From: a virus
Virus record (IMG/VR): IMGVR_UViG_3300031576_000010
Coordinates: 1-64,000 of that record
Reading direction: 5' to 3' (one strand)
Length of the DNA: 64,000 bases
Positions 16,249-25,531 of this stretch are shown here, in pieces. A program made the translations under genes and the position numbers. Position 1 is the first letter of the stretch. The number at the start of each line of letters is the position of its first letter. The notes beneath the pieces were generated by a model that saw nothing but the letters and a program-made list of their open reading frames with translations, ran no database searches and was not told the DNA's origin.

Positions 16249-19242
16249 TTCGCATCGGTAGGGACGATGCGGTGGAGTGCAGGAAGCGGATCAGCGAACG
16301 GGAGAAGGACCGCCGGGAGGTTCGCATCGGTAGGGACGATGCGGTGGAGTGCAGGTCGGCCGCTATCAGTGCGATCGCCTCGTTGAGGGTCGTTCGCATC
16401 GGTAGGGACGATGCGGTGGAGTGCAGGAGATAGTGACATCGGAATGGGACCGATTCTGAACCGAGTTCGCATCGGTAGGGACGATGCGGTGGAGTGCAGG
16501 GGCAGCGTCGAAGCGCAATGCGCGGCCGACGCGGAGTTCGCATCGGTAGGGACGATGCGGTGGAGTGCAGGCGGAAACGGAACTGCATGACGCGCATGAA
16601 GCTGGGTGGTTCGCATCGGTAGGGACGATGCGGTGGAGTGCAGGCCGTGGGCCAACCGGGCGAGCCAGTCGGCCTGGTTCGGTTCGCATCGGTAGGGACG
16701 ATGCGGTGGAGTGCAGGCAGTTTTCGGCCCGCCAGGCGGCGCCCGCTCTCACCGTTCGCATCGGTAGGGACGATGCGGTGGAGTGCAGGGTGAAGTAGCC
16801 GTCGGCCGATGCCGCCGCGCACCTGCCGGGTTCGCATCGGTAGGGACGATGCGGTGGAGTGCAGGGAGCGAGTCGCGTTCGATCAACCATCCCGGCCCGA
16901 CGTTCGCATCGGTAGGGACGATGCGGTGGAGTGCAGGGGCGCAAGCTGAAGGTGCTATTCGATGTCGGCTTCTCGTTCGCATCGGTAGGGACGATGCGGT
17001 GGAGTGCAGGGAGAACAAGGACCAGAGCCTGAACGTTGTCCTTGACGTTCGCATCGGTAGGGACGATGCGGTGGAGTGCAGGTGGGCCGAGCGATACGGC
17101 AAGTCCCTCGGGCTGGACGGTTCGCATCGGTAGGGACGATGCGGTGGAGTGCAGGTCCTGATCGGCGGCTCTACGGGATCAACGTGAGTAGTAGTTCGCA
17201 TCGGTAGGGACGATGCGAAGGAGTGCAGGGCGATCGTTTCGCGAACCGGGGTCGGCACCGTCTACTTCGGTTCGCATCGGTAGGGACGATGCGGTGGAGT
17301 GCAGGGGAGGTTCCGACGGCGCCTCCTCCGAAAGACTGGAGTTCGCATCGGTAGGGACGATGCGGTGGAGTGCAGGTCGTGTGGCGCGTCGACGAAGCGA
17401 TGGAGCAGGAGTGGTTCGCATCGGTAGGGACGATGCGGTGGAGTGCAGGATCGGAATGCCGCGCGCCAGCCCCTGCCGCACGATGGGTTCGCATCGGTAG
17501 GGACGATGCGGTGGAGTGCAGGGTCGGACACACCTCGGCCCTCGCGCGGCCAGGCGACAGGTTCGCATCGGTAGGGACGATGCGGTGGAGTGCAGGCACG
17601 AGACGAAACACCCACGACTTGCGCGGGCGGAGAGTTCGCATCGGTAGGGACGATGCGGTGGAGTGCAGGGGGAGTGCGCGGTCTGGGTTGACGATGAGGT
17701 CGCGAGGTTCGCATCGGTAGGGACGATGCGGTGGAGTGCAGGAACGCGGAACCAAGGCGACCGAGTTCCTCCCACTCGGGCGGTTCGCATCGGTAGGGAC
17801 GATGCGGTGGAGTGCAGGGCGTGCTGACCGGTGCCGGGCGGTAGCGATCTGACCGGTTCGCATCGGTAGGGACGATGCGGTGGAGTGCAGGTCCATCGAG
17901 GGCATCCCCCTCCTAAGCGGAGCTATCGGTTCGCATCGGTAGGGACGATGCGGTGGAGTGCAGGATCGGGTGCATCGAGAATGGCCCTGGTCGCTCTCGC
18001 AGTTCGCATCGGTAGGGACGATGCGGTGGAGTGCAGGAACTGGCGGTTCTCGGGGGTGAGGGCGCAACGGACGCGTTCGCATCGGTAGGGACGATGCGGT
18101 GGAGTGCAGGATGGTCGAGGTGTTCATGACGTCGAGCGGAACTGGGGTTCGCATCGGTAGGGACGATGCGGTGGAGTGCAGGATGGTCGAGGTGTTCATG
18201 ACGTCGAGCGGAACTGGGGTTCGCATCGGTAGGGACGATGCGGTGGAGTGCAGGCAGCGCAGCGACGATGGCCACAGGCGTCACTGGTGCGGGTTCGCAC
18301 CGGTAGAAACGATGCGGTGGAGTGCAGGGTTCGCCAACACGATCATGAAGTATGAAGTCTCGGCATCTGCCGATCGCACCGGTAGGGACGATGCGGTGGA
18401 GTGCAGGCGATGAATGGCTGCTCGGCGAGCTTGCCGACTTCGCGGATCGCACCGGTAGGAACGATGCGGTGGAGTGCAGGTGGTAGTGCGACAACGAGAA
18501 GTCGTGGTGACGGACCAGATCGCACCGGTAGGATGCGGTGGAGTGCAGGCCCAACTCCCCTCGAACCAACCGCGCACCAAATCGCCGAGATCGCACCGGT
18601 AGGGACGATGCGGTGGAGTGCAGGTACGAAGCGAGGCACGTCCGAGGCGAGATTCTGGACTGATCGCACCGGTAGGGACGATGCGGTGGAGTGCAGGAAC
18701 AACCCGGGCTGCACCGCAACGTGTGCGAGCGCCTAGGAACGATGTGGTGGAGTGGTGGAGTGGTGGAGTGCAGGAACGTGTTGTCGGTCCACTCGATAGG
18801 AACGATGTGGTGGAGTGCAGGCAGCCAGGTCAGCCAGCACCCTTCAGCACCCTTGCGGTGATGCCTGTTCGCACCGGTAGGAACGATGCGGTGGAGTGCA
18901 GGCAGGCGGGTGCCGCGTCAGGTGCCCAGCTCGGCTCCAGGTTCGCACGATGTGGTGGAGTGCAGGGCACAGATCGCGGGTGACTTGGTGCTCGCGGAGA
19001 CGCACTGGTATGAACGATGCGGTGGAGTGCAGGGGGCGCGACGAGATGCCTGTCGCCCCTAGGATACCGGATCGCAGTAGGAACGATGCGGTGGAGTGCA
19101 GGACCACAACGTGCGGGTCCGTCAACTGCCGGATTGCGCACCGGTAAGAACGATGCGGTGGAGTGCAGGATCTGGTTCTCGTCGTTCTTCGCTTGGGCCC
19201 AGGTTGTTCAGCACCGGTAGGAACGGTGCGGTGGAAGTAAAG
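16248..19242 (+). CRISPR. CRISPR array, about 42 repeats / 41 spacers
   Basis: 36-nt repeat GTTCGCATCGGTAGGGACGATGCGGTGGAGTGCAGG with a CGCATCG/CGATGCG stem; spacers mostly 35-40 nt; 28 near-perfect repeats at the Cas12-proximal end and progressive degeneration distally. Confidence 0.98.
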
Positions 19243-19272
19243 ATCGCACAGGCGTAGGAGAGGAAGACTGAG

Positions 19273-19869
19273 ATGGAAGAGAGAAAAAGCAGGTACACAA
19301 ACTGGCTCACAGAGCTACGTGCGACACGTGCTCAAAGGGCCAAGGACGAGATCGCGTTCTACGCTCGCATCGCCGAGTTCGAGACCGATACGGACTCGTG
19401 GGAATGGACAGGTATCTCGTTCGACCGAATCCTCAAGCTGGAATGCGGCATCTCGCCAGACCGCTACCGCGCGTACGTCAAGGCTGTCCGGCTCATCGGC
19501 CATGAGATGCTGCTTGGACTCGGGATGGACGTTGCGCTACGGCTCCGTCGTTTCATCGTTGATGACATTATACTGGCGACCCGTCTTTATGAGCGGGTTG
19601 CCACCCGCATCATTGGGTTCTCTGCTACGCACGACCGCTACCCAAGCCCAACCTACATCGGCCAGATCCTACGTGAAGAAGCCAAACGGCTCGGCATCGT
19701 CGTGCCGGTCAAGCAGAAGACCGAAGACAAGCTACAAACGGCGATCGGTGCGCTTCGCCGCATCGCTGAAGCGAAGGGTCTGAGCCGCAAAGAGATGCAG
19801 ACGATCGCCGCCGAAACGCTCGTACAAGTGGACATTGAGGTGGATGGTGTGGAGGACCACCCGGAGTGA
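19273..19869 (+). CDS. hypothetical protein downstream of the array
   Basis: RBS-preceded ATG; 198 aa, helical; GTGA overlap with the SNF2 C-fragment. Confidence 0.7.
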   Translation: MEERKSRYTNWLTELRATRAQRAKDEIAFYARIAEFETDTDSWEWTGISFDRILKLECGISPDRYRAYVKAVRLIGHEMLLGLGMDVALRLRRFIVDDIILATRLYERVATRIIGFSATHDRYPSPTYIGQILREEAKRLGIVVPVKQKTEDKLQTAIGALRRIAEAKGLSRKEMQTIAAETLVQVDIEVDGVEDHPE

Positions 19870-20933
19870 AGGGCCGCATCCGCTCCGTCCGCCCGTTCCA
19901 GGAGGCCCGCCGCGTCCTCCTGACCGGCACGCCTGTCAGCGAATCTCCGCTCAACGCGTTCCCCGTCCTCCAGCTCATCGCGCCCGAACGCGTTCCGTCG
20001 AAGACCCGGTTCGACCACCACTTCATCGTCCGGGCCGCCACAAAGGCGGGGCCCGTCACCGTCCAGAAGGCGGTCGGCTACAACAACCTCGACGAGCTGA
20101 AGCGGATGCTGGAGGCGGTGTCGGTCCGGCGCCTGAAGGCCGACATCCGCGGGATGCCCGACCGCGTCGAGACGGTGCGGTACTGCCAGCCATCCGGCCG
20201 CCAACACGACCACTACCGCGAGATCCTCAAGGGCATCCTGGCCGACATCGCCGCGTCGCCCGACTGGGCCCTCACGCTCGACATCGCGTGCGTCAAGTTG
20301 CTGCGGCTCCGCCAGGTGCTCAACTCGCCCGAGATCCTCGGGCTCGACGGGCGGTCCGGCAAGTACGACGAGCTGGATGGAGTGGTCGAGGAGGTGCTCT
20401 CTGATTCCGGCCCATACGAAGCGAAGCTGTTGATCTGGACCGAGTGGAACCGGGCGGTCGACCTCCTAGCCAGCCGGTACTCTGGACACGGAGTCATCAC
20501 GGTCGACCAGCGGACCACTCAGCAGCAACTCGCCGAGTATGAGAGGACGTTTGACCGTTCAGATGAGCGGATTGTGATTGGGACGCCAAAAAAGGCCGGG
20601 ACGGGGATGGACTGGCTGGCTAGGTGTCGGACGGCCATTTACGTCGAGAAGACGTACTCGCTGGTCAACCATGTTCAAAGCATAGATCGGATCGTCCGGA
20701 GGGTCGGGGAGGGTGACCCGGCCGACTCACCGGCTGTTCAGCAGGTCAAGCGAATCAAGCGGTCACCCGCGTCCATCCTGTATCTCCACGTGCAAAACAG
20801 CGTTGACGACGCGGTTGATTTCGTCCTCCGGAGGAAAATCGATCTTGGCGTCGCCCTCCTCACAGAAGATGCTAGACTCATGGAAGATGGGCGTATGGAT
20901 TTACTCCAGATGCTCCAGACGGGCATGAGCTAG
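19866..20933 (+). CDS. SNF2-family helicase, C-terminal fragment (motif III and HELICc)
   Basis: RRVLLTGTP, RRLKADI, LLRLRQ, SGK, KLLIWT, AGTGMD, QSIDRIVR. Confidence 0.88.
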   Translation: MKGRIRSVRPFQEARRVLLTGTPVSESPLNAFPVLQLIAPERVPSKTRFDHHFIVRAATKAGPVTVQKAVGYNNLDELKRMLEAVSVRRLKADIRGMPDRVETVRYCQPSGRQHDHYREILKGILADIAASPDWALTLDIACVKLLRLRQVLNSPEILGLDGRSGKYDELDGVVEEVLSDSGPYEAKLLIWTEWNRAVDLLASRYSGHGVITVDQRTTQQQLAEYERTFDRSDERIVIGTPKKAGTGMDWLARCRTAIYVEKTYSLVNHVQSIDRIVRRVGEGDPADSPAVQQVKRIKRSPASILYLHVQNSVDDAVDFVLRRKIDLGVALLTEDARLMEDGRMDLLQMLQTGMS

Positions 20934-20998
20934 GAGGATGAGGTGCGAAGAGGGGTGGTTTCGACGACATCACAGGTCGGCAGTTCGGCCGACTCAAG

Positions 20999-21691
20999 GT
21001 GGTTCGGAGGGTCGCGAACAAGGGGACCGCTACCGCGTGGGAGTGCGTCTGCGATTGTGGCAAGAAGGTCGTCGTGCTTGGTTACTCCCTCTGCCGAGGG
21101 AACACACGTAGCTGCGGGTGCTTGGCGATGGATCTGCGCCGTGAGCGAAACCGGTCCAAGGGAATCCCACCTGGAACGTTCGGGAAGCTCACGGTCATCA
21201 AGCAGCACGGGTTGTCACGCGGACGAGATGCTACGTACCTATGCCACTGCGCGTGCGGCCGCGAGGTCGTAGCGGTCGGACACCGTCTTCGTAGCGGCAA
21301 GACGGTGAGCTGCCGATGCAAGCGGCGGCTGTTGCCAGGTGAAGCCGAAAAGCACCGGGTCCTCCGCGGGTACATGAGAAATGCAACCACCCGTGGGCAC
21401 AAGTTCACGCTGTCAGAAGACGAAGCCTTCGCGATCTTCGCATCGCTATGCTTCTACTGCGGGGCAGCACCAGCGAACATCTCGGATGGTGGTCGAGGCG
21501 TTTTCGGATCCTTCACCTACAGCGGGATCGATAGGATCGACAGCGACTACGGGTACACGCCAGAGAACGTCCGTCCATGCTGCAAGATGTGCAACACCGC
21601 CAAGCACAACTACTCCGTGGGCGTGTTTCTCGCGTGGGCACGACGGCTCGTTGAGCACCAAGCAGCGCAATGCTTGACAGCCGCAGGATAG
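20999..21691 (+). CDS. HNH-type homing endonuclease
   Basis: WECVCDCG/CHCACG repeats, CFYCG, GIDRIDSDYGYTPENVRPCCKMCN; the true N-terminus probably begins near 20943 across a frameshift. Confidence 0.8.
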   Translation: MVRRVANKGTATAWECVCDCGKKVVVLGYSLCRGNTRSCGCLAMDLRRERNRSKGIPPGTFGKLTVIKQHGLSRGRDATYLCHCACGREVVAVGHRLRSGKTVSCRCKRRLLPGEAEKHRVLRGYMRNATTRGHKFTLSEDEAFAIFASLCFYCGAAPANISDGGRGVFGSFTYSGIDRIDSDYGYTPENVRPCCKMCNTAKHNYSVGVFLAWARRLVEHQAAQCLTAAG

Positions 21692-21731
21692 GTGTGTGAG
21701 AAGGACTGACCAAACTTTGAGGAAGGGGAAC

Positions 21732-22016
21732 ATGGCGACCAAGACGAAGACGACGAAGCGGTCGACCGGCAAGAAGACGGCGATGCAACGGACCAAGACC
21801 AGGGTGGCGGCCCACACCAGCGCCTCGATCGAGAAGAGGGTGCTGACCGCCATCAAGCGGGCGGGCCGCGCGTACATCGCGAGCATGGACCTCGCCCACC
21901 TGACCGCCAGGTCGACCTCGTGGGTCGCGGTGACGATCCGGAGGCTCCGGGACGCCGGCCATTCGATCGAGTCGAAGCGGGGGATCGCGGGGGGCTACAG
22001 GCTCGCGCGCGCCTGA
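21732..22016 (+). CDS. winged-HTH DNA-binding protein
   Basis: Basic N-terminal tail; STSWVAVTIRRLRDAGHSIESKRGIAGGYRL (HTH_11-like). Confidence 0.7.
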   Translation: MATKTKTTKRSTGKKTAMQRTKTRVAAHTSASIEKRVLTAIKRAGRAYIASMDLAHLTARSTSWVAVTIRRLRDAGHSIESKRGIAGGYRLARA

Positions 22017-22028
22017 CCTGGCCGGTTC

Positions 22029-22295
22029 GTGGACCTCCGGTCATCTGATGTCGTGCTGGCCGCCCGGATGGCCGAGAATCCAGAAGTATTGCGCCTAGTT
22101 ATAGGCCGTCAACCCGCCCAACCAACCACTTTGCCGACCGTAGCCCTCCTCGTCCTCCTGGTGGTCGTGGTCGTGGTCGTGCTCGCCTGGCCGCCCAGCC
22201 GCTCCGCTGAGCCACGTTCTAGCCGGCCGGTCCACGAGCGGTCGTCGTGCTGGACGGACGGCTGGGAGGCGGCCAGGCCGGTCTCCCCACGCTAG
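22029..22295 (+). CDS. small membrane protein
   Basis: Long hydrophobic run VALLVLLVVVVVVVLAW. Confidence 0.45.
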   Translation: MDLRSSDVVLAARMAENPEVLRLVIGRQPAQPTTLPTVALLVLLVVVVVVVLAWPPSRSAEPRSSRPVHERSSCWTDGWEAARPVSPR

Positions 22296-22311
22296 CGAAA
22301 GGACGTGCCCG

Positions 22312-22578
22312 ATGACTTCGCCCAGCACGAAGGGGCCGGCCGCCAGCCGGGTGGCCGAGCTGTACATGTGGGTCATCTACGAACGACCCAGCGACTTCCC
22401 GGACGCCTGGGTGGTGCGCAAGTGGCGGACGGGTCCGGGCGGACGGCTGGAAGTGGCGCTCACGTGCAACACGTTCGACTCGCTGGAACGCGCGCGAGCC
22501 GAGGGGGTGCCGGCCGGCACCGTCCGGATCCACCGCGGCCCGAACGACGATCCCGTCATCGTGGAGACGTGGCTGTAA
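22312..22578 (+). CDS. hypothetical phage protein
   Basis: WVIYERPSDFP...DDPVIVETWL. Confidence 0.6.
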   Translation: MTSPSTKGPAASRVAELYMWVIYERPSDFPDAWVVRKWRTGPGGRLEVALTCNTFDSLERARAEGVPAGTVRIHRGPNDDPVIVETWL

Positions 22579-22585
22579 GTTTCTC

Positions 22586-22614
22586 TTGACACACGCAAGC
22601 AACAGCGATATGAG
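22586..22614 (+). promoter_or_regulatory. putative early promoter
   Basis: TTGACACACGCAA, with TATGAG 17 bp after the TTGACA. Confidence 0.5.
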
Positions 22615-22620
22615 TGTCGC

Positions 22621-23319
22621 GTGAACCGGAAGGACCGGGAAGACCGCCGCTACCACCTGCCCATCCTGGGCAAGCGGATGAACCTGCGGCTCGACCGGCT
22701 CCGCCACGACCTCGATGAAGCGGCCAGGAAGGTGGCGGGAGGTGCCAGGAAGGCTGGCACGACCTGCCGGACCGATTGCTTCGGGTGCTGCTACCAACTC
22801 GTCCTCGTTGGCCTAGCGGAGGCGCTCCTGATGGTCCGGTGGCTCAACCGGCACGGCCGCATCACCACCGAGATGATCGACCGGCTCCAGCGGGCCGCCG
22901 GGCAGTCATTCGGCACGACCGCCACCCAGCACTTCCGGCAGGCGATCCCATGCGTCTTCCTCGACCAATCGACACCCGACCACCACTGCACCATCTACCC
23001 GGTCCGGCCGTTCGCCTGCGCGACCTACTGGACCAAGGTGGACGATCCAGCCGTCTGCTACCCAACCGCCAAGCTGGACATCCCGGTGGTCGACACGAGC
23101 GTCGCGGCCGCCTGGTACCTGGTCCATACCGGTGAGGTGGAGGCGGCGCTCCGCAAGACCGACGGGACCGAGATGTACCTCCCAGCCCCATTGCCCATCG
23201 CCCTGCTGGTCGCGATCGACATGATGGCGCGGGGGGTAGGAGCGATCGACGCCTGGACCGCCCGGACACCAGAGGATCAGGCTAGGGCGCGCAGCATCCT
23301 GGACAGGAGCGGAGCATGA
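22621..23319 (+). CDS. YkgJ-family cysteine-cluster protein
   Basis: CxxxCxxCC (CRTDCFGCC), PCVFL, CTIYPVRPFAC. Confidence 0.8.
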   Translation: MNRKDREDRRYHLPILGKRMNLRLDRLRHDLDEAARKVAGGARKAGTTCRTDCFGCCYQLVLVGLAEALLMVRWLNRHGRITTEMIDRLQRAAGQSFGTTATQHFRQAIPCVFLDQSTPDHHCTIYPVRPFACATYWTKVDDPAVCYPTAKLDIPVVDTSVAAAWYLVHTGEVEAALRKTDGTEMYLPAPLPIALLVAIDMMARGVGAIDAWTARTPEDQARARSILDRSGA

Positions 23320-23530
23320 CGCCAGAGGAACGGCTCGCAAAACTGCTGGACGATCGGGACGAAGAAATCGCCCGGCTGAGCGATATGGTCGAGGAGCTGA
23401 AGGATCGGCTCGAAGGACATGAAGAAAGGGGACGACAGCGAAGGTAAAGGGACGCCGTTCCGCATGGGTGCGCGGCGGCTGGGACCACCAACGCCAGGTC
23501 GGACGCGAACACCGACGGGGAGCATGACGG

Positions 23531-23740
23531 ATGCACCGGATCGACAGGATCAAGAAGAAGGCGAACAAGACGCCCGAGGAGAAGTGGTTGCTCGACCTGC
23601 TCGACGTCTTCATCGCGGCGCTGGACGACGAGTGCTCCCACTCGCACCATCCGGGCTCGTGCCACGCGATCGGCAAGCCGTGCGGGTCGAAGAGCTGCGA
23701 GGCGTTCTTCATGCTGGGCGAACAAGAGGCGCGGCGATGA
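23531..23740 (+). CDS. hypothetical protein
   Basis: Small Cys/His-rich ORF, ATGA-coupled to the next gene. Confidence 0.45.
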   Translation: MHRIDRIKKKANKTPEEKWLLDLLDVFIAALDDECSHSHHPGSCHAIGKPCGSKSCEAFFMLGEQEARR

Positions 23741-25481
23741 AGGTCAAGATCCCAGAGCCGCTCTACCGCGTCGAGACCAAGGCGCTCAAGTCCTACCTCA
23801 ACGAGGACAAGTTCCGCTACCAGAAGTACGCGGAGGTCGAGCTGTCCGAGCTGTCGCGGCCACGGTTCCGCGCGCTCGTGAAGATGTGCGAGCCCCACCA
23901 GAAGATCCGGGGGGTCGGCCTTCTCCTCAAGGACATGCGCGCGTGGGAGCGGGTCGCGGCCGGCGACCATTCGGTCAAGCCCCGGTCGGTCGAGCAGTTC
24001 GCCGATATGGCGACCGAACTGATCCGTACGTCGGCGGGCCACCGGCTCTACCGCAAGGACCCCGAACGAGACATCTGGCTCGCCTACTACGTCAACAGGG
24101 TCGCGTACCACCCGCCCGAACATCGCAGCCATGGGTACGAGACGCCCCCGTCATGCAGCATCCGGCTCATCTGGGAGGAATTCGCCCAGCGCCACCAAGA
24201 TAGCCCGACGTGGCACGCGGAGGACTCGCTCCACATCACGCCCGCCGAAGCGCTGGGCCGCAAGGGCTACTTCATCGAGACCGAAGAGATGCGCGCCACT
24301 ACATGGCCGACAGGGACCGGTTCCACCAGCTTGTCGGTCGGGTCGGCCTCCAGGTTCTCGCGACCGGCGTCGCGACCGACGACCTAGATGGCAACCGGGA
24401 GGGGCGTAAGAGTTCATGGTACTGGAGCCGGACGAATCGTATCCGGCTCGAACACGCGGGCGAGCCGGCCCGCATGGTCGTGGACGTGTTCCGCGAAGGC
24501 GACAAGGAAGACGAGGAGCGGGACATTCCGATCGACCCGTGGTTCTGGGACCGCAAGACGACGGCGGTTGGCGAGTGGGACGATGACGACGGCGGTGACC
24601 AAGATGACGACCGCGAGGATCTGGCGCCCGATGACGTCAAGGAGCGCCAGCTCCCAGAGATCCCCCTCCACCCGATGCTCGCCACGTTCGACATGCGGCG
24701 CCACATGCGCCTGCGCGTCCACGTCGCGTGCGTCGAGCCCTACCGCTACGACGAGACGATCGCCACCAGGCTGATCCTTCCGCCGGACGACCGAGGGCTC
24801 GTCGAGATGCTGGTCGCGCACAACGGCGTGTTCCGCGACGTGGTGGCGGGCAAGAGTGGGGGCGCCGTCATCCTGGCGGCCGGGCCGCCCGGCACCGGCA
24901 AGACGCTGACCGCTGAGGTGTACGCCGAGGCGATGAAGCGGCCGCTCTACAGCGTGCAGTGCAGCCAGTTGGGCGTCAGCCCCGAGGAGCTGGAGGAAGA
25001 GCTGCTCAAGGTGTTCGTCAGATCCCAGAGGTGGAACGCGATCCTCCTGCTCGACGAGGCGGACGTGTACGTGGCGGCTCGGGGCAACGACCTCGACCAG
25101 AACGCGATTGTCGGGGTATTCCTCCGGACCCTCGAATACTACGCGGGCGTCCTGTTCCTCACGACCAACCGGGCCGACGCGGTCGACGATGCGGTGGCGA
25201 GCCGGTGCATCGCGCGCATCGACTATCGGGTGCCGGCCAGCGAGGCGCAGCGGCGCATCTGGGAGGTGCTGTCCACGACGGCCGGCATCGCCATCTCCGA
25301 TGCGGTCATCGACCAGGCGGTCGGCGAGTTCCACGACCTGACCGGCCGCGACATCAAGAACCTGTTGAAGCTCTCCCGGATGGTCGGGGCGGCACGCAAC
25401 CAACCCATCACCATCGAAACGATCCGGTGGGTCAAGCGGTTCAAGCCGACCGGACGGGCATCCCGTAGCCGTTTCTATTGA
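23737..25481 (+). pseudogene. AAA+ ATPase with a single-base frameshift near 24297
   Basis: GPPGTGKTLTAE, LLDEADV, FLTTNR; N-part (MKVKIP...EEMRA) and C-part (HYMADRDRF...) join if one C is restored. Confidence 0.75.
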
Positions 25482-25507
25482 CACGCGCAATCATGCTGTG
25501 GTACGGT
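25478..25507 (+). promoter_or_regulatory. putative promoter
   Basis: TTGACACGCGCAA followed by TGGTACGGT (extended -10). Confidence 0.5.
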
Positions 25508-25531
25508 AGAGTCGTAAGCTGGAGGTTGGCG

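Noticed and set aside
15843-19310. Numerous ORFs across the CRISPR array
   Set aside because: Artefacts of stop-free repeats (LHSTASSLPMR and similar).
11200-19900. Split intein joining the SNF2 halves
   Set aside because: The termini resemble Hint beta-strands only superficially; there is no Cys/Ser1 block A, no TxxH and no terminal His-Asn.
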